64,000 nucleotides of DNA from Octopus sinensis (taxonomy: Eukaryota). This document shows, piece by piece, positions 1 to 10,827 of this stretch. Position numbers and translations under genes: made by a program. The stretch's first letter is position 1, and every line of letters begins with the position of its first letter. The stretch lies in contig NC_043004.1 in assembly GCF_006345805.1 (NCBI RefSeq), positions 37,200,001 to 37,264,000 of the forward strand, in the 5' to 3' direction. The notes under the pieces are model-generated. The model saw nothing but the letters and a program-made list of their open reading frames with translations, made no database searches and was not told the DNA's origin.

Positions 1-235
1 TCTTTTTGGTTTTTCACTGTTTGATTTGCCTAAAAATTCCATTTTTCACTTTTATGATTATACCCAGAGTACTCTAATCGAATATGAACTGTCTTCCCGT
101 TGGCGGACGTTTGTCTTTTTCATTTTTGAAACGAACACATTGCCTCTTTCGTTTTAAAACAATAGAACATTACTACCTTAATACATTGGTCCAACAAACA
201 AAACATCACCCACTCTCATTCTTTTATGTATCTGA

Positions 236-733
236 GAATGTGTGTCTGTCTGTCTGTGTGTTTCCCTAAAACTTGAGAACTACACAACCAATTTCATTCA
301 AATTTTACACATGACTTACTTAGGGTATAAGGAGTGTGTTGAGCTGGGCTCTGGGTGCCATTGGGCTCACTGTCCACGGCTACGAGACCACAGTGAGCGC
401 TATGGCGACCAGAGCTCGCTCTGGTCGCCACAGCTTCACGAGGGAGGGGAGAAAGGGGAGAAGCAACACAGGTGCAGGCGTGAGCATGGACGCCAACTCC
501 GCCGCCATCGACACACGAAAAAATATGCGTTAAAATGGAAAAAAATTATGTTAAATTATTTTTAAAATCGTAGACTCATCGTAGATGCGCGCTAATACCC
601 AGACGGGCTCGATATGAATGACAACTATAAGGTACCCGAATTTGGTTAAACTGCACCGCAAAATGTGGGAGTAGTTAGGAATCTAAATCGTAGGAGACAG
701 ACACTCACACAACTACAGTTTTATATATATAGA
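236..733 (-). mobile_element. Non-autonomous Helitron-like element (partial, composite)
   Basis: 540-733 matches the TC-start end of the Helitron-like copies at 27009-27405 and 31174-31572. 236-440 is paralogous to 6147-6330. Confidence 0.6.
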
Positions 734-1122
734 TATGTATATATAATGTACGTGTGTGTTCTATATATAAATATGTATATATAATGTATGTGTGTGTGTG
801 TAAGTTCTATATATATATAATGTATATATACAAAGTGTATATATCTTTATTTATGTATGTTAAACTTTTTCATACTTTTTCATAGTTATATATATTTTTA
901 AACAAATTATAAATATAATTTAATAATTTTTATTTTCAATTTAAATAATTTAAATTTTTCAATTTTATATTTTCTATATTTTCTATATTATATTTTTTTT
1001 AATGTTTTTGTGTTGGTTTTTCACTGTTTGATTTGCCTATTAGTGGTTTTATCTCTAATTTAATTTATACAGATCTATATCTCATTGTATATATAATGCG
1101 TGCACACACACACACATATATA

Positions 1123-1171
<49 letters not shown>

Positions 1172-2041
1172 GTGTGCATTACGTAGTCGGTCGATTCAGC
1201 TGAAATATGTATACCTATGTTAAAAGTGCTGGCAAGTTTGCATGACAACTATTTTTTTCCTCAAATGAAAGGCGTCACCTCGAGGACAAAATTCCTCATC
1301 TTATAAAATGTGCCCCAGTAGACCCGAATGAAATCGGGTTATGTTAACCAAAATGTGAAAAGTGGTCTAAATGGGGCTGGAATGGGATTAAAATTTAAAG
1401 GAGCGGGTGTTTAGGAATTTTCTGTTACATCAAGCTAAAAAATTTGCGCCAGCCTTTTAATCGTCAATGTGTTGCCGTCCATGATAAAGAGTCCATGATA
1501 AAGAGTCCATGGTGAGTCTACTGTCGTGAGAAAGAATCACTTCAAAACTTGGTGTTTACGAATTTTCTTTTACATCAAGTTGAAAATTTTACGCCAGTCG
1601 TTAAACTGTCACTACGTTGCTGTCCGTCGTTAAGAAGTGCCAGCCATGGTAACTCTACTATCCTCAGATTCTATCCCTTCAAACTTTGGTTTGCAATATT
1701 TTATTATTTTTCTTCAGCTCGCAAGTCCGTCTGTCCCTTTTAAATGTTAGCATTTTGCTGTCTGCCTTGAAGCAGACTTTTCCATTATCACTGCCTCATA
1801 TTTCTGATTGATATTTCTAAATATTTTATTTCTCAACTTACTCAAGATCTTCTGTTGTTTATAAATGGGAGAGAGATAGATAAAGATAGAGAGTAAGAGA
1901 AAGCGAGGAAGAGTCCGAGAGATAAGAAAATTAAGAGAGTGGGAAAGTGAGAGAGAAAGGAGAGAGAAAAAAATACGGAGAATCATCATCATTTAACACC
2001 CGTTTTCCGTGCTAGCAAGGCTTGGACAGTGTATACATTGT

Positions 2042-2094
<53 letters not shown>

Positions 2095-2194
2095 ATTTGT
2101 ATACATTTATATATATATATATACATATAAATATATATAATTTGTATACATTTATATACATATATATAATTTGTATACATTTATATACATATAT

Positions 2195-3208
2195 ACTTTG
2201 ATACTTTGATAGGTTTCGGCCATTATTGGCCCAGGCCATGTCTAACTTAATAGCACCACCTGGTGAAGTCTTTCAAGTCAGAATTTGGGCACTATGGCCC
2301 ACTCAAGTAGAGAGTTATTGTTTACAGAGACATATCCGGGTGTAGGGGGTTTATCCGGGATTTCTTGAAGGAATCTGTCCAAAGACTTCTTGAACCCTAT
2401 AGGGTCAGTTTCTGTTTTAATGTGTTTTGGTGTAATGTTAAGAGAGCGGGGCCAATTGAGGTGAAATAATTGTGCCGTATTGTTGTTATGAGATGAGAGT
2501 GCGATTTTTGTTTTGGGCGGATGGCACGGGGCCCAAGCCTTGGATGTACCTTGAAGGTGATGCCAACATCATTGGGCAATGCTGATGGAATATTTTCCAC
2601 ATCATGCAGATGATGTAGCGCTCACGACGACGTTGGAGAGAATAGAGTTTTAGCTTTTCTAGTCGACCCCAATAGTCGAGGCCTGTCATGCCATCTATCT
2701 TTTTTGTGATTGTCCTTTGAGGTGCTTCAACTTTTATGATACCTTGTATTGTGTGGGGAGACCACAGTGGACAACAGTATTCAAGGTGGGGTCGGGCAAA
2801 AGTGGAGAAGAGAAGGACAATGGTGTGGATATCTCTCGACTGGAAAGTTCTGAGAATCCAGGAACACATTCTGCGGGCCATGTCAACTTTGTGTTTATAT
2901 GAGTGGCCCAGCTTATGTTGTTGTCCACAATTACTCCCAAGTCTCTGATGTTGTTGGACGCCGCGAGAGTTTCACCTGAAGGAAGGGAGTATGGGAGTTT
3001 CAGGGCATCCTCTTTTCCAAAGTGGATTAGCTCAAATTTATCCTCGTTCAGCAGAATATTGTTTTTTTCTGCCCATTGGATAACAGCCAGTAGATCTGAC
3101 TGAAGGCATGTCCGGTCACTCGCCTCATTTATGACCTTCTGTAGCTTGGAGTCATCTGCAAAGATTTTTATGTTGCTGTGCTTGATGATGTCATTAATGT
3201 CATTAATG
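2195..3208 (-). mobile_element. 5'-truncated CR1-group (CR1/L2/Crack/Daphne-like) LINE: RT C-terminus and 3' UTR, frameshifted
   Basis: Minus-strand frames give IFADDSKL, RPHLEYCCPLWSP and LKLYSLQRRRERY. The 3' end carries an (ATCAAAGT)2 tail. The element sits inside the AT minisatellite. Confidence 0.85.
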
Positions 3209-3210
3209 TA

Positions 3211-5722
3211 AATAATTTGTATACGTTTATATACATATATATAATTTGTATACGTTTATATACATATATATAATTTGTATACGTTTATATACATATATAT
3301 AATTTGTATACATATATATAATTTGTATACATATATATAATTTGTATATATTTGTGTACATATATATAATTTGTATATATTCGTATGCATATATATCATT
3401 TCTATACATTCGTATGCATATATATAATTTCTATACATTCGTATACGTATATATAATTTGTATACATTCGTATACGTATATATAATTTGTATACATTCGT
3501 ATACGTATATATAATTTGTATACATTCGTATACGTATATATAATTTGTATACATTCGTATACGTATATGTAATTTGTATACATTCGTATACGTATATGTA
3601 ATTTGTATACATTCGTATACGTATATATAATTTGTATACATTCGTATACGTATATATAATTTGTATACATTCGTATACGTATATATAATTTGTATACATT
3701 CGTATACGTATATATAATTTGTATACATTCGTATACGTATATATAATTTGTATACATTCGTATACGTATATATAATTTGTATACATTCGTATACGTATAT
3801 ATAATTTGTATACATTCGTATACGTATATATAATTTGTATACATTCGTATACGTATATATAATTTGTATACATTCATATATATAATTTGTATACATTCAT
3901 ATACATAATTTGTATACATTCATATACATAATTTGTATACATTCATATACATAATTTGTATACATTCATATACATAATTTGTATACATTCATATACATAA
4001 TTTGTATACATTCATATACATAATTTGTATACATTCGTATAAATAATTTGTATACATTCGTATAAATAATTTGTATACATTCGTATAAATAATTTGTATA
4101 CATTCGTATAAATAATTTGTATACATTCGTATAAATAATTTGTATACATTCGTATAAATAATTTGTATACATTCATATAAATAATTTGTATACATTCATA
4201 TCCATATAAATAATTTGTATACATTCATATCCATATAATAAAATTTGTATACATTCATATCCATATAAATAATTTGTATACATTCATATCCATATAAATA
4301 ATTTGTATACATTCATATCCATATAAATAATTTGTATACATTCATATCCATATAAATAATTTGTATACATTCATATCCATATAAATAATTTGTATACATT
4401 CATATCCATATAAATAACTTGTATACATTCATATCCATATAAATAATTTGTATACATTCATATCCATATAAATAATTTGTATACATTCATATCCATATAA
4501 ATAATTTGTATACATTCATATCCATATAAATAATTTGTATATATTCATATCCATATAAATAATTTGTATATATTCATATCCATATAAATAATTTGTATAT
4601 ATTCATATCCATATAAATAATTTGTATATATTCATATCCATATAAATAATTTGTATATATTCATATCCATATAAATAATTTGTATATATTCATATACATA
4701 TAAATAATTTGTATATATTCATATCCATATAAATAATTTGTATATATTCATATCCATATAAATAATTTGTATGTATTCATATCCATATAAATAATTTGTA
4801 TATATTCATATCCATATAAATAATTTGTATATATTCATATCCATATAAATAATTTGTATATATTCATATACATATAAATAATTTGTATATATTCATATAC
4901 ATATAAATAATTTGTATATATTCATATACATATAAATAATTTGTATATATTCATATACATATATATATAATTTGTATATATTCATATACATATATATAAT
5001 TTGTATACGCTTATATACATATATATAAATTGTATACGTTTATATACATATATATAAGTTGTATACATATATACATATATATAATTTGTATGCATATATA
5101 TAATTTGTATATATTTACATGCATTTATACGGTTTGTATATATTTACATGCATATATACGGTTTGTATATATTTACATACATATATGCAGTTTGTATATA
5201 TTTACATACATATATGCAGTTTGTATATATTTACATACATATATGCAGTTTGTATATATTTACATACATATATGCAGTTTGTATATATTTACATACATAT
5301 ATGCAGTTTGTATATATTTACATACATATATGCAGTTTGTATATATTTACATACCTATATGCAATTTGCATATATTTACATTCCTATATGCAATTTGCAT
5401 ATATTTACATACCTATATGCAATTTGCATGTATTTACATACCTATATACAATTTGCATGTATTTACATACCTATATACAATTTGCATGTATTTACATACC
5501 TATATACAATTTGCATGTATATACATACCTATATACAATTTGCATGTATTTACATACCTATATACAATTTGCATGTATTTACATACCTATATACAATTTG
5601 CATATATTTACATACCTATATACAATTTGCATATATTTACATACCTATCTACACTTTGCATATATTTACATACCTATATACAATTTGCATATATTTACAT
5701 ACGTATATACAATTTGCATATA
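3211..5722. repeat. AT-rich minisatellite with 29 and 23 bp units (TTTGTATACATTCGTATACGTATATATAA and variants); also 2090-2194
   Basis: Direct tandem units in successive blocks of variants. The ORFs here are artefacts of the repeat. Confidence 0.95.
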
Positions 5723-5915
5723 TACAATTGTCTATAAAGCATACAATGTAGAGAGAAAAAGAAGATTTGAACACCTGGAGGAAAGCACCATCGAAATGTG
5801 TCTTTGTGCGACTATGAAAGATATCCCCACAGAAGTAGAGGTAGGCTGGATTGTAGCCACACTTCTACATCAGAGGGAGGACAAAATACAATTGGTCGAA
5901 ATTGCAAGAGACGGG
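5723..5915 (+). pseudogene. Internally deleted fragment of a Tx1-like ORF1 related to the 11-20 kb elements
   Basis: TIVYKAYNVERKRRFEHLEESTIEMCL resembles TIIYRTQDTTTRKLSRIAIEDIEKCL. KDIPTEVEVGWIVATLLHQREDKIQLVEI resembles KVPPNIKTEMLVTAIIGAAKEEVEIGSI. Confidence 0.55.
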
Positions 5916-6082
5916 CCTACAATTCCAGTCTGTTATATATTTTGAGTATTGTTATCACTAGCGATATCAAGATATAACATTGTATTTTGTATTTTATGTG
6001 TAAATGTATATATATACATATATATATGTATATATATGTGTACATGTAATATGAACACATATATATACTCATATATACATGG

Positions 6083-6600
6083 ACTAGCACTATGACCCGG
6101 CAACGACCGTGTCATAATGCTAGTATATCGATATATATGAAACTAAGAATGTGTATCTGTCTGTGTGAATCCCTATAACTTGAGAACAACACAACCAATT
6201 TCATTCAAATTTTACACACGCCTTGCTTAGGGCCCACGGAGTGTCAGGAGCAGGGCTCTGGGCGCCATAGGGGTCACTGTCCACGGCTACGAGACAACAG
6301 TGAGCGCTATGGCGACCAGAGCTCGCTACGAGACAACAGTGAGCGCTATGGCGACCAGAGCTCGCTACGAGACAACAGTGAGCGCTATGGCGACCAGAGC
6401 TCGCTACGAGACAACAGTGAGCGCTATGGCGACCAGAGCTCGCTACGAGACAACAGTGAGCGCTATGGCGACCAGAGCTCGCTACGAGACAACAGTGAGC
6501 GCTATGGCGACGGTCTCACCACTATAAACGGCTTGGCTTGGGCTTGGGCTTGGGCTTGGGCTTGGGCTTGGCTTGGCAAGGAGAGGAAGAAGAATCTTAG
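6083..6600. mobile_element. Helitron-like non-autonomous element with a double-CTAG hairpin end (right boundary uncertain)
   Basis: ACTAGCACTATGAC...GTCATAATGCTAGT hairpin at 6083-6124, then sequence paralogous to 236-440. Confidence 0.55.
6287..6511. repeat. 39 bp tandem repeat (about 5.7 copies) followed by (GGCTTG)n at 6530-6577
   Basis: Identical GCTACGAGACAACAGTGAGCGCTATGGCGACCAGAGCTC units with no spacers. A single copy is present in the paralog at 379-420. Confidence 0.95.
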
Positions 6601-7430
6601 TTACATAGAGAACTATAGCGTGAAGGCAGAATATAAAAAAACAAACAACTCTTCCTCAGATGTTGGCAATTTTACTTGCTCCGCATTGCAACAAGATGTG
6701 TCTTCGTCAAAGCAATTGCTCCCCCAAACCAAATTAGATAAAATTTGAGATACGTGGAACGTCAAAGCTGCTAACAAAATCAGGACAGTCAAAATTTTCG
6801 CTAAGGGCTGGTTAACCCTAACGAGATGACGTGGTGAACGCTGGAGAAAGAAAGCTTTGTCAAGAGGCAGACGGGAGTGCATGAAGAAAAAGAAATACAT
6901 TTAGAAATAGATCTATAGTTATTGAGGACAGAATTTCTGTTAGAAATAGAGAACTATGAATATTGAATTATGCATAAAGCGCTGACTTACATTCGGGGCT
7001 TCCAATTTCTCTGTAAAATATAAGATAGTCGCAAAATCATCGCACATGTCACCATCGATTACAAACGCCGGTGGAAGATAAACGTTCCAGAGGACATTCT
7101 TGTTCTTTCGTTCGTACAAGGATCGTATTATGTTTCGGCTTAAAATAAATTATAGATACAAATATAATGTATAGAAATATATAAAAACCAGAATAGAAAA
7201 TAAACGTCTTAGGCATATAAAATGAGATATCAAGGTGTTATAAACTTGAAACTTACTAGAAAATCATAGATTATATATATCAAGTCATCCAGTCAGTTCT
7301 GTCCAATTTTACCTGCTTTTTAGAGTTGAATGAAATTTAATAGTATTTGCAAATGTCTAATTCAATTAAAAATTATTTTTATGCATTTGTGTACGTTTAA
7401 ACTAATTCAATATTGTTTTACAAAATAATA

Positions 7431-8717
7431 GACGGTGTCCACAAAGTCTGCGTACATGGGAATTAACACATACATTTAAAACAAAACAATTTTATTTAAT
7501 TATAATAAATAATATTTTCAAAGTGATTTCCATCATTTTCAATGCATAACTTGATGCGCCTTGCAAAATTCAGGTGAACTTGATTAAATAAGTCTATATT
7601 GCCATCAATTTAAGCACACTGACTGGTAATGCGTTCTCTGGTGTGTTTGAAATCTGTAATCTTTATTGAGTAAACTTTCTCTTTCAACATACCCCAGAAA
7701 AAGAAATCAAGGGGAGAAAGGTCTGGTGAACGAGGGGACCATTCCATATGACCCCTTCTTCCAATCTAGTGAGGAGGAAAAGTGTCATTAAATCAATCTC
7801 TAACAGTTGTGGCAAAATGGGTAGGGGCCTCATCCTGCTGAAACCAATTCGGAAGGTCCTCGCCTAGGCGCTCAATTTAAGATATTAATTTGTCTCTCAA
7901 TATATTTGCATAAGTCTCATCCGTTACATGTTCAATGAAGAAGGGTCCTAGAACATGAGCTTTCCAAAAACCACACCACACCATCACCTTTTTGCTGTCT
8001 TGCCGTTTGGATAGATCCATCCAATGTGGATTACCTCGAGACCAGTATAGAAGATTCTGTCTGTTGACCTCACCATTTACATAAAACGTAGCTTTGTCAC
8101 TGAACAACACAAAGTTTTTCGTAAAATTGATATTTTCATCCAATTTATTCGCCTATCAGGATCGTCTTAATTTAAGTGATGCAATATCTGTAGGTTGTAT
8201 CGATGAAACTTTTCCTCAACCAGCATTTTGTGGATGGTTGGTTTTGGAACACCTAACACCGTAGATGTCCGACGAAGTGATTTTGGGGGGCTAGCTAGCA
8301 GAAACTTTAGCCTCGACAGCCTCTTTAGTTTCATCTGAAGTCTTTGGTCGCCCGGAACGGGGTTTATCCGAAACACTGCCTGTTTCTTTAAATTTCTTGA
8401 TCAATTTCCTGACGGCAGTAAAATAAATAGGTTGCCTACAAGGGTGTGGAAGATTAAATTCTTCCGCAATTTTGCGATAAGACCATCCCTCTCGTCCACT
8501 TAATAATACTAACTCGATTCTTTCTTCTTTAGATAGATTCATCATTCGATCTGGGATTCTTTCTTCTTTAGACAGAGCCATCATTCGATCATCTGTAGAA
8601 AAAATAACAAATAAATTTAGAAAAGTAAAGTATTTTTTTAATTTAATTTAAACAAAAGTAAAAAAGGAAAATTATTATTTCTTATGTTGTGATTTTATTC
8701 CATAAACCCAGACTTCG
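7431..8717 (-). mobile_element. Tc1/mariner DD41D (rosa/VS-like) transposon, decayed
   Basis: HTH region KFKETGSVSDKPRSGRP and VLFSDKATF. The span WFQQD...WSPRSPDLSPLD has 41 residues between the last two Asp. TA plus TIR GACGGTGTCC at 7429-7460, and a partial inverted copy near 8692-8717. Confidence 0.85.
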
Positions 8718-8719
8718 TT

Positions 8720-9675
8720 TTGATTAAATTGCTTTGATTAAAACCCTTTCAACATGGAAGTATCCAAGGAGCATTTAAGGCACATATAATTCTTTATGAG
8801 TACAATAAAGGTAACTCTGCAGCCGAAGTGACTCGAAACATACACTCAGTTTATGGCAAAGTGCTCGAATGAAAGAACTTGCAGGAGATCGTCTGCAAAA
8901 TTGAAGATGAATATCGAACAGGATGTCCAGTTGAGTTTGACAAGCTCCTTGAGGCATTACTTGAAGAAAATCCGTCATTATCAGTTGAAGAATTGGCAAT
9001 AAAGCTTACTTCAAACCATACAACAGTTCATCGTCATCTTCAACAACGTGGAAAGATTTCTAAACTTGGAAAATAGGTGCCTTATGTATTGTCCGAAAGC
9101 AACCGCAAATCCAGAGTTGGCATCTGCTCTTCTCTCCATTCTCGCAAACTCATTTCACCCTTTTTCGATAGACTTGTGATGAAAAATGGATTTTCTATCG
9201 AAATGTTAGACGTCGTAAACAGTGGCTTGGTAAAAGGGAAAATTCTCAACCACAACCGAGAAGGGAACTTCATGGGAAAAAGGTTCTACTCTCTATCTGG
9301 TGCGATTGCAAAGGCGTAATTCACTTTATATTGTTACCACCTAATGCAACAATCAATGCTCAAGTCTACTGTCAGCAATTAGAGCGTTTGAACCAAGCTT
9401 TGAAGGAAAAAAGAGCCGCTTTAGTGTGTCGAAAACGAGTGATGTTTCATCAGGACAATGCGCAACCCCACATTGCAAAGATCACATCACAGAAGATCGA
9501 AGGGGTCGATTTGGAAAAATTTCTTCATCCAACTTATTCTCCCGATCTTACTCCTTCAGGATACCATTTCCTTCATAGTTTACAGAATTAGTAGGGGGAT
9601 ACAACTTTCGCAAGCCAGGGGGAGGTCGAACCTGACATTTCAGAGTTCTTCGCTTTGAAACCAAAAGAGTCATTG
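8720..9675 (+). mobile_element. mariner (DD34D-type) transposase pseudogene
   Basis: MEVSKEHLRH start at 8754, then KLGK*VPY, DEKWIFY, FHQDNAQPH and HPTYSPDLTPSGYHF, with frameshifts and stops. Confidence 0.85.
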
Positions 9676-10062
9676 GCGAAAATATATTTAAGACAGACGA
9701 TAAAAGTTCTATTTCTTACAAAATATCTTGTTACTAACACCGTACAAATTATTTTTATCTTTTACACCTTATTCAAAATTTATTTCGCTTTCTAATGATG
9801 CAGACAATAACCATTTTTATATAACTTGAAGAATTCTAATGCTAAATATAATTTTAATGGAGATAACCTGCAGTATATAGTACAACATTTTTGTCTCCGT
9901 ATATGAGACAAGTATTAATAAAATGTGGTATACGATAAAAAATTTCGGATATTTGTCTTAAAACATTCAGACAAGAAAATTCAGATGTAGCACATGAGGT
10001 ATTATTCCATACGAATATCCACATATTTATATTAAGAATTTCATGATAAAAATATAGAAATA

Positions 10063-10629
10063 TTGGGTTGTCCGGAAAGTTCTTGCCGATTTATAGCAGC
10101 TTATCTTTCGACTTATTTTAGAAAATGTTTGAGTCCATAAAATAGGATTTGACTACACCTCCATTTGGAGCACAGTTTAATCTATCTTTTCGTGGAAGAA
10201 GGTTTATGTTCCAATAACCTGTGTTAATTCTGTAACCCTTTAAATTAAAAGATGAGAAAAATTCCTTATCGGCATTTGATGCTTTGAGAACCAGACAAAA
10301 ATTGCTGCAGCTTGGCTGGGGTGACTTACCCCACCCTCCATATTCACCAGATATTACTCCTTCGGATTTCCACTTATTCAGGTCTCTGCAGAATAGTCTT
10401 AATGGAGAAAATTTCAATTCCTTAGATGACGTAAAAAGATACCTTGATGAATTATTTGCCTTGAAACTACCCCAATTCTGGGAAGAGGGTATTTTTAAGG
10501 TAAAGGTAAGATGGAGACGTATTGTGCAACGAAATGGTTCAGATTTGGTTCATTAAAAATGTAATGGCAAGTATTTAGTGACCATGTACTTTCCTTTAAA
10601 AATCAGAACGAACTTTCCGGACAACCCAA
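10063..10629 (+). mobile_element. Internally deleted mariner with both TIRs and TA TSDs
   Basis: TA|TTGGGTTGTCCGGAAAGTTC...GAACTTTCCGGACAACCCAA|TA. The ORF 10284-10556 contains HPPYSPDITPSDFHLFRSLQN. Confidence 0.9.
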
Positions 10630-10827
10630 TATAAACAAAACAATGAAATACGAATATAAACATGAAAAATAAAAACCTAAATTGAAAGAGGCGATTAAAA
10701 TTTTTTCCTAACCTGCAGCCGTTTGTTGTACGAAGTATTCGAAATTCAGCCCTCCTTCCTCAGGGTTCCTTTCTCGAGGTAAAATCCAGCAGAAAGCAGT
10801 AAGGCACCACATGAAGAGTATTCAGTT

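Noticed and set aside
7-1039. About 27 bp direct repeat TTGGTTTTTCACTGTTTGATTTGCCTA at the window start and at 1013-1039
   Set aside because: The repeat is real but uninterpretable at the window edge, and probably belongs to a repeat family.
3227-5751. Long ORFs (160-235 aa) rich in Y/I/C/M
   Set aside because: They are translations of the minisatellite in all frames.
6287-6511. CRISPR-like regular repeats
   Set aside because: The units are contiguous with no unique spacers, there are no cas genes, and the context is eukaryotic.
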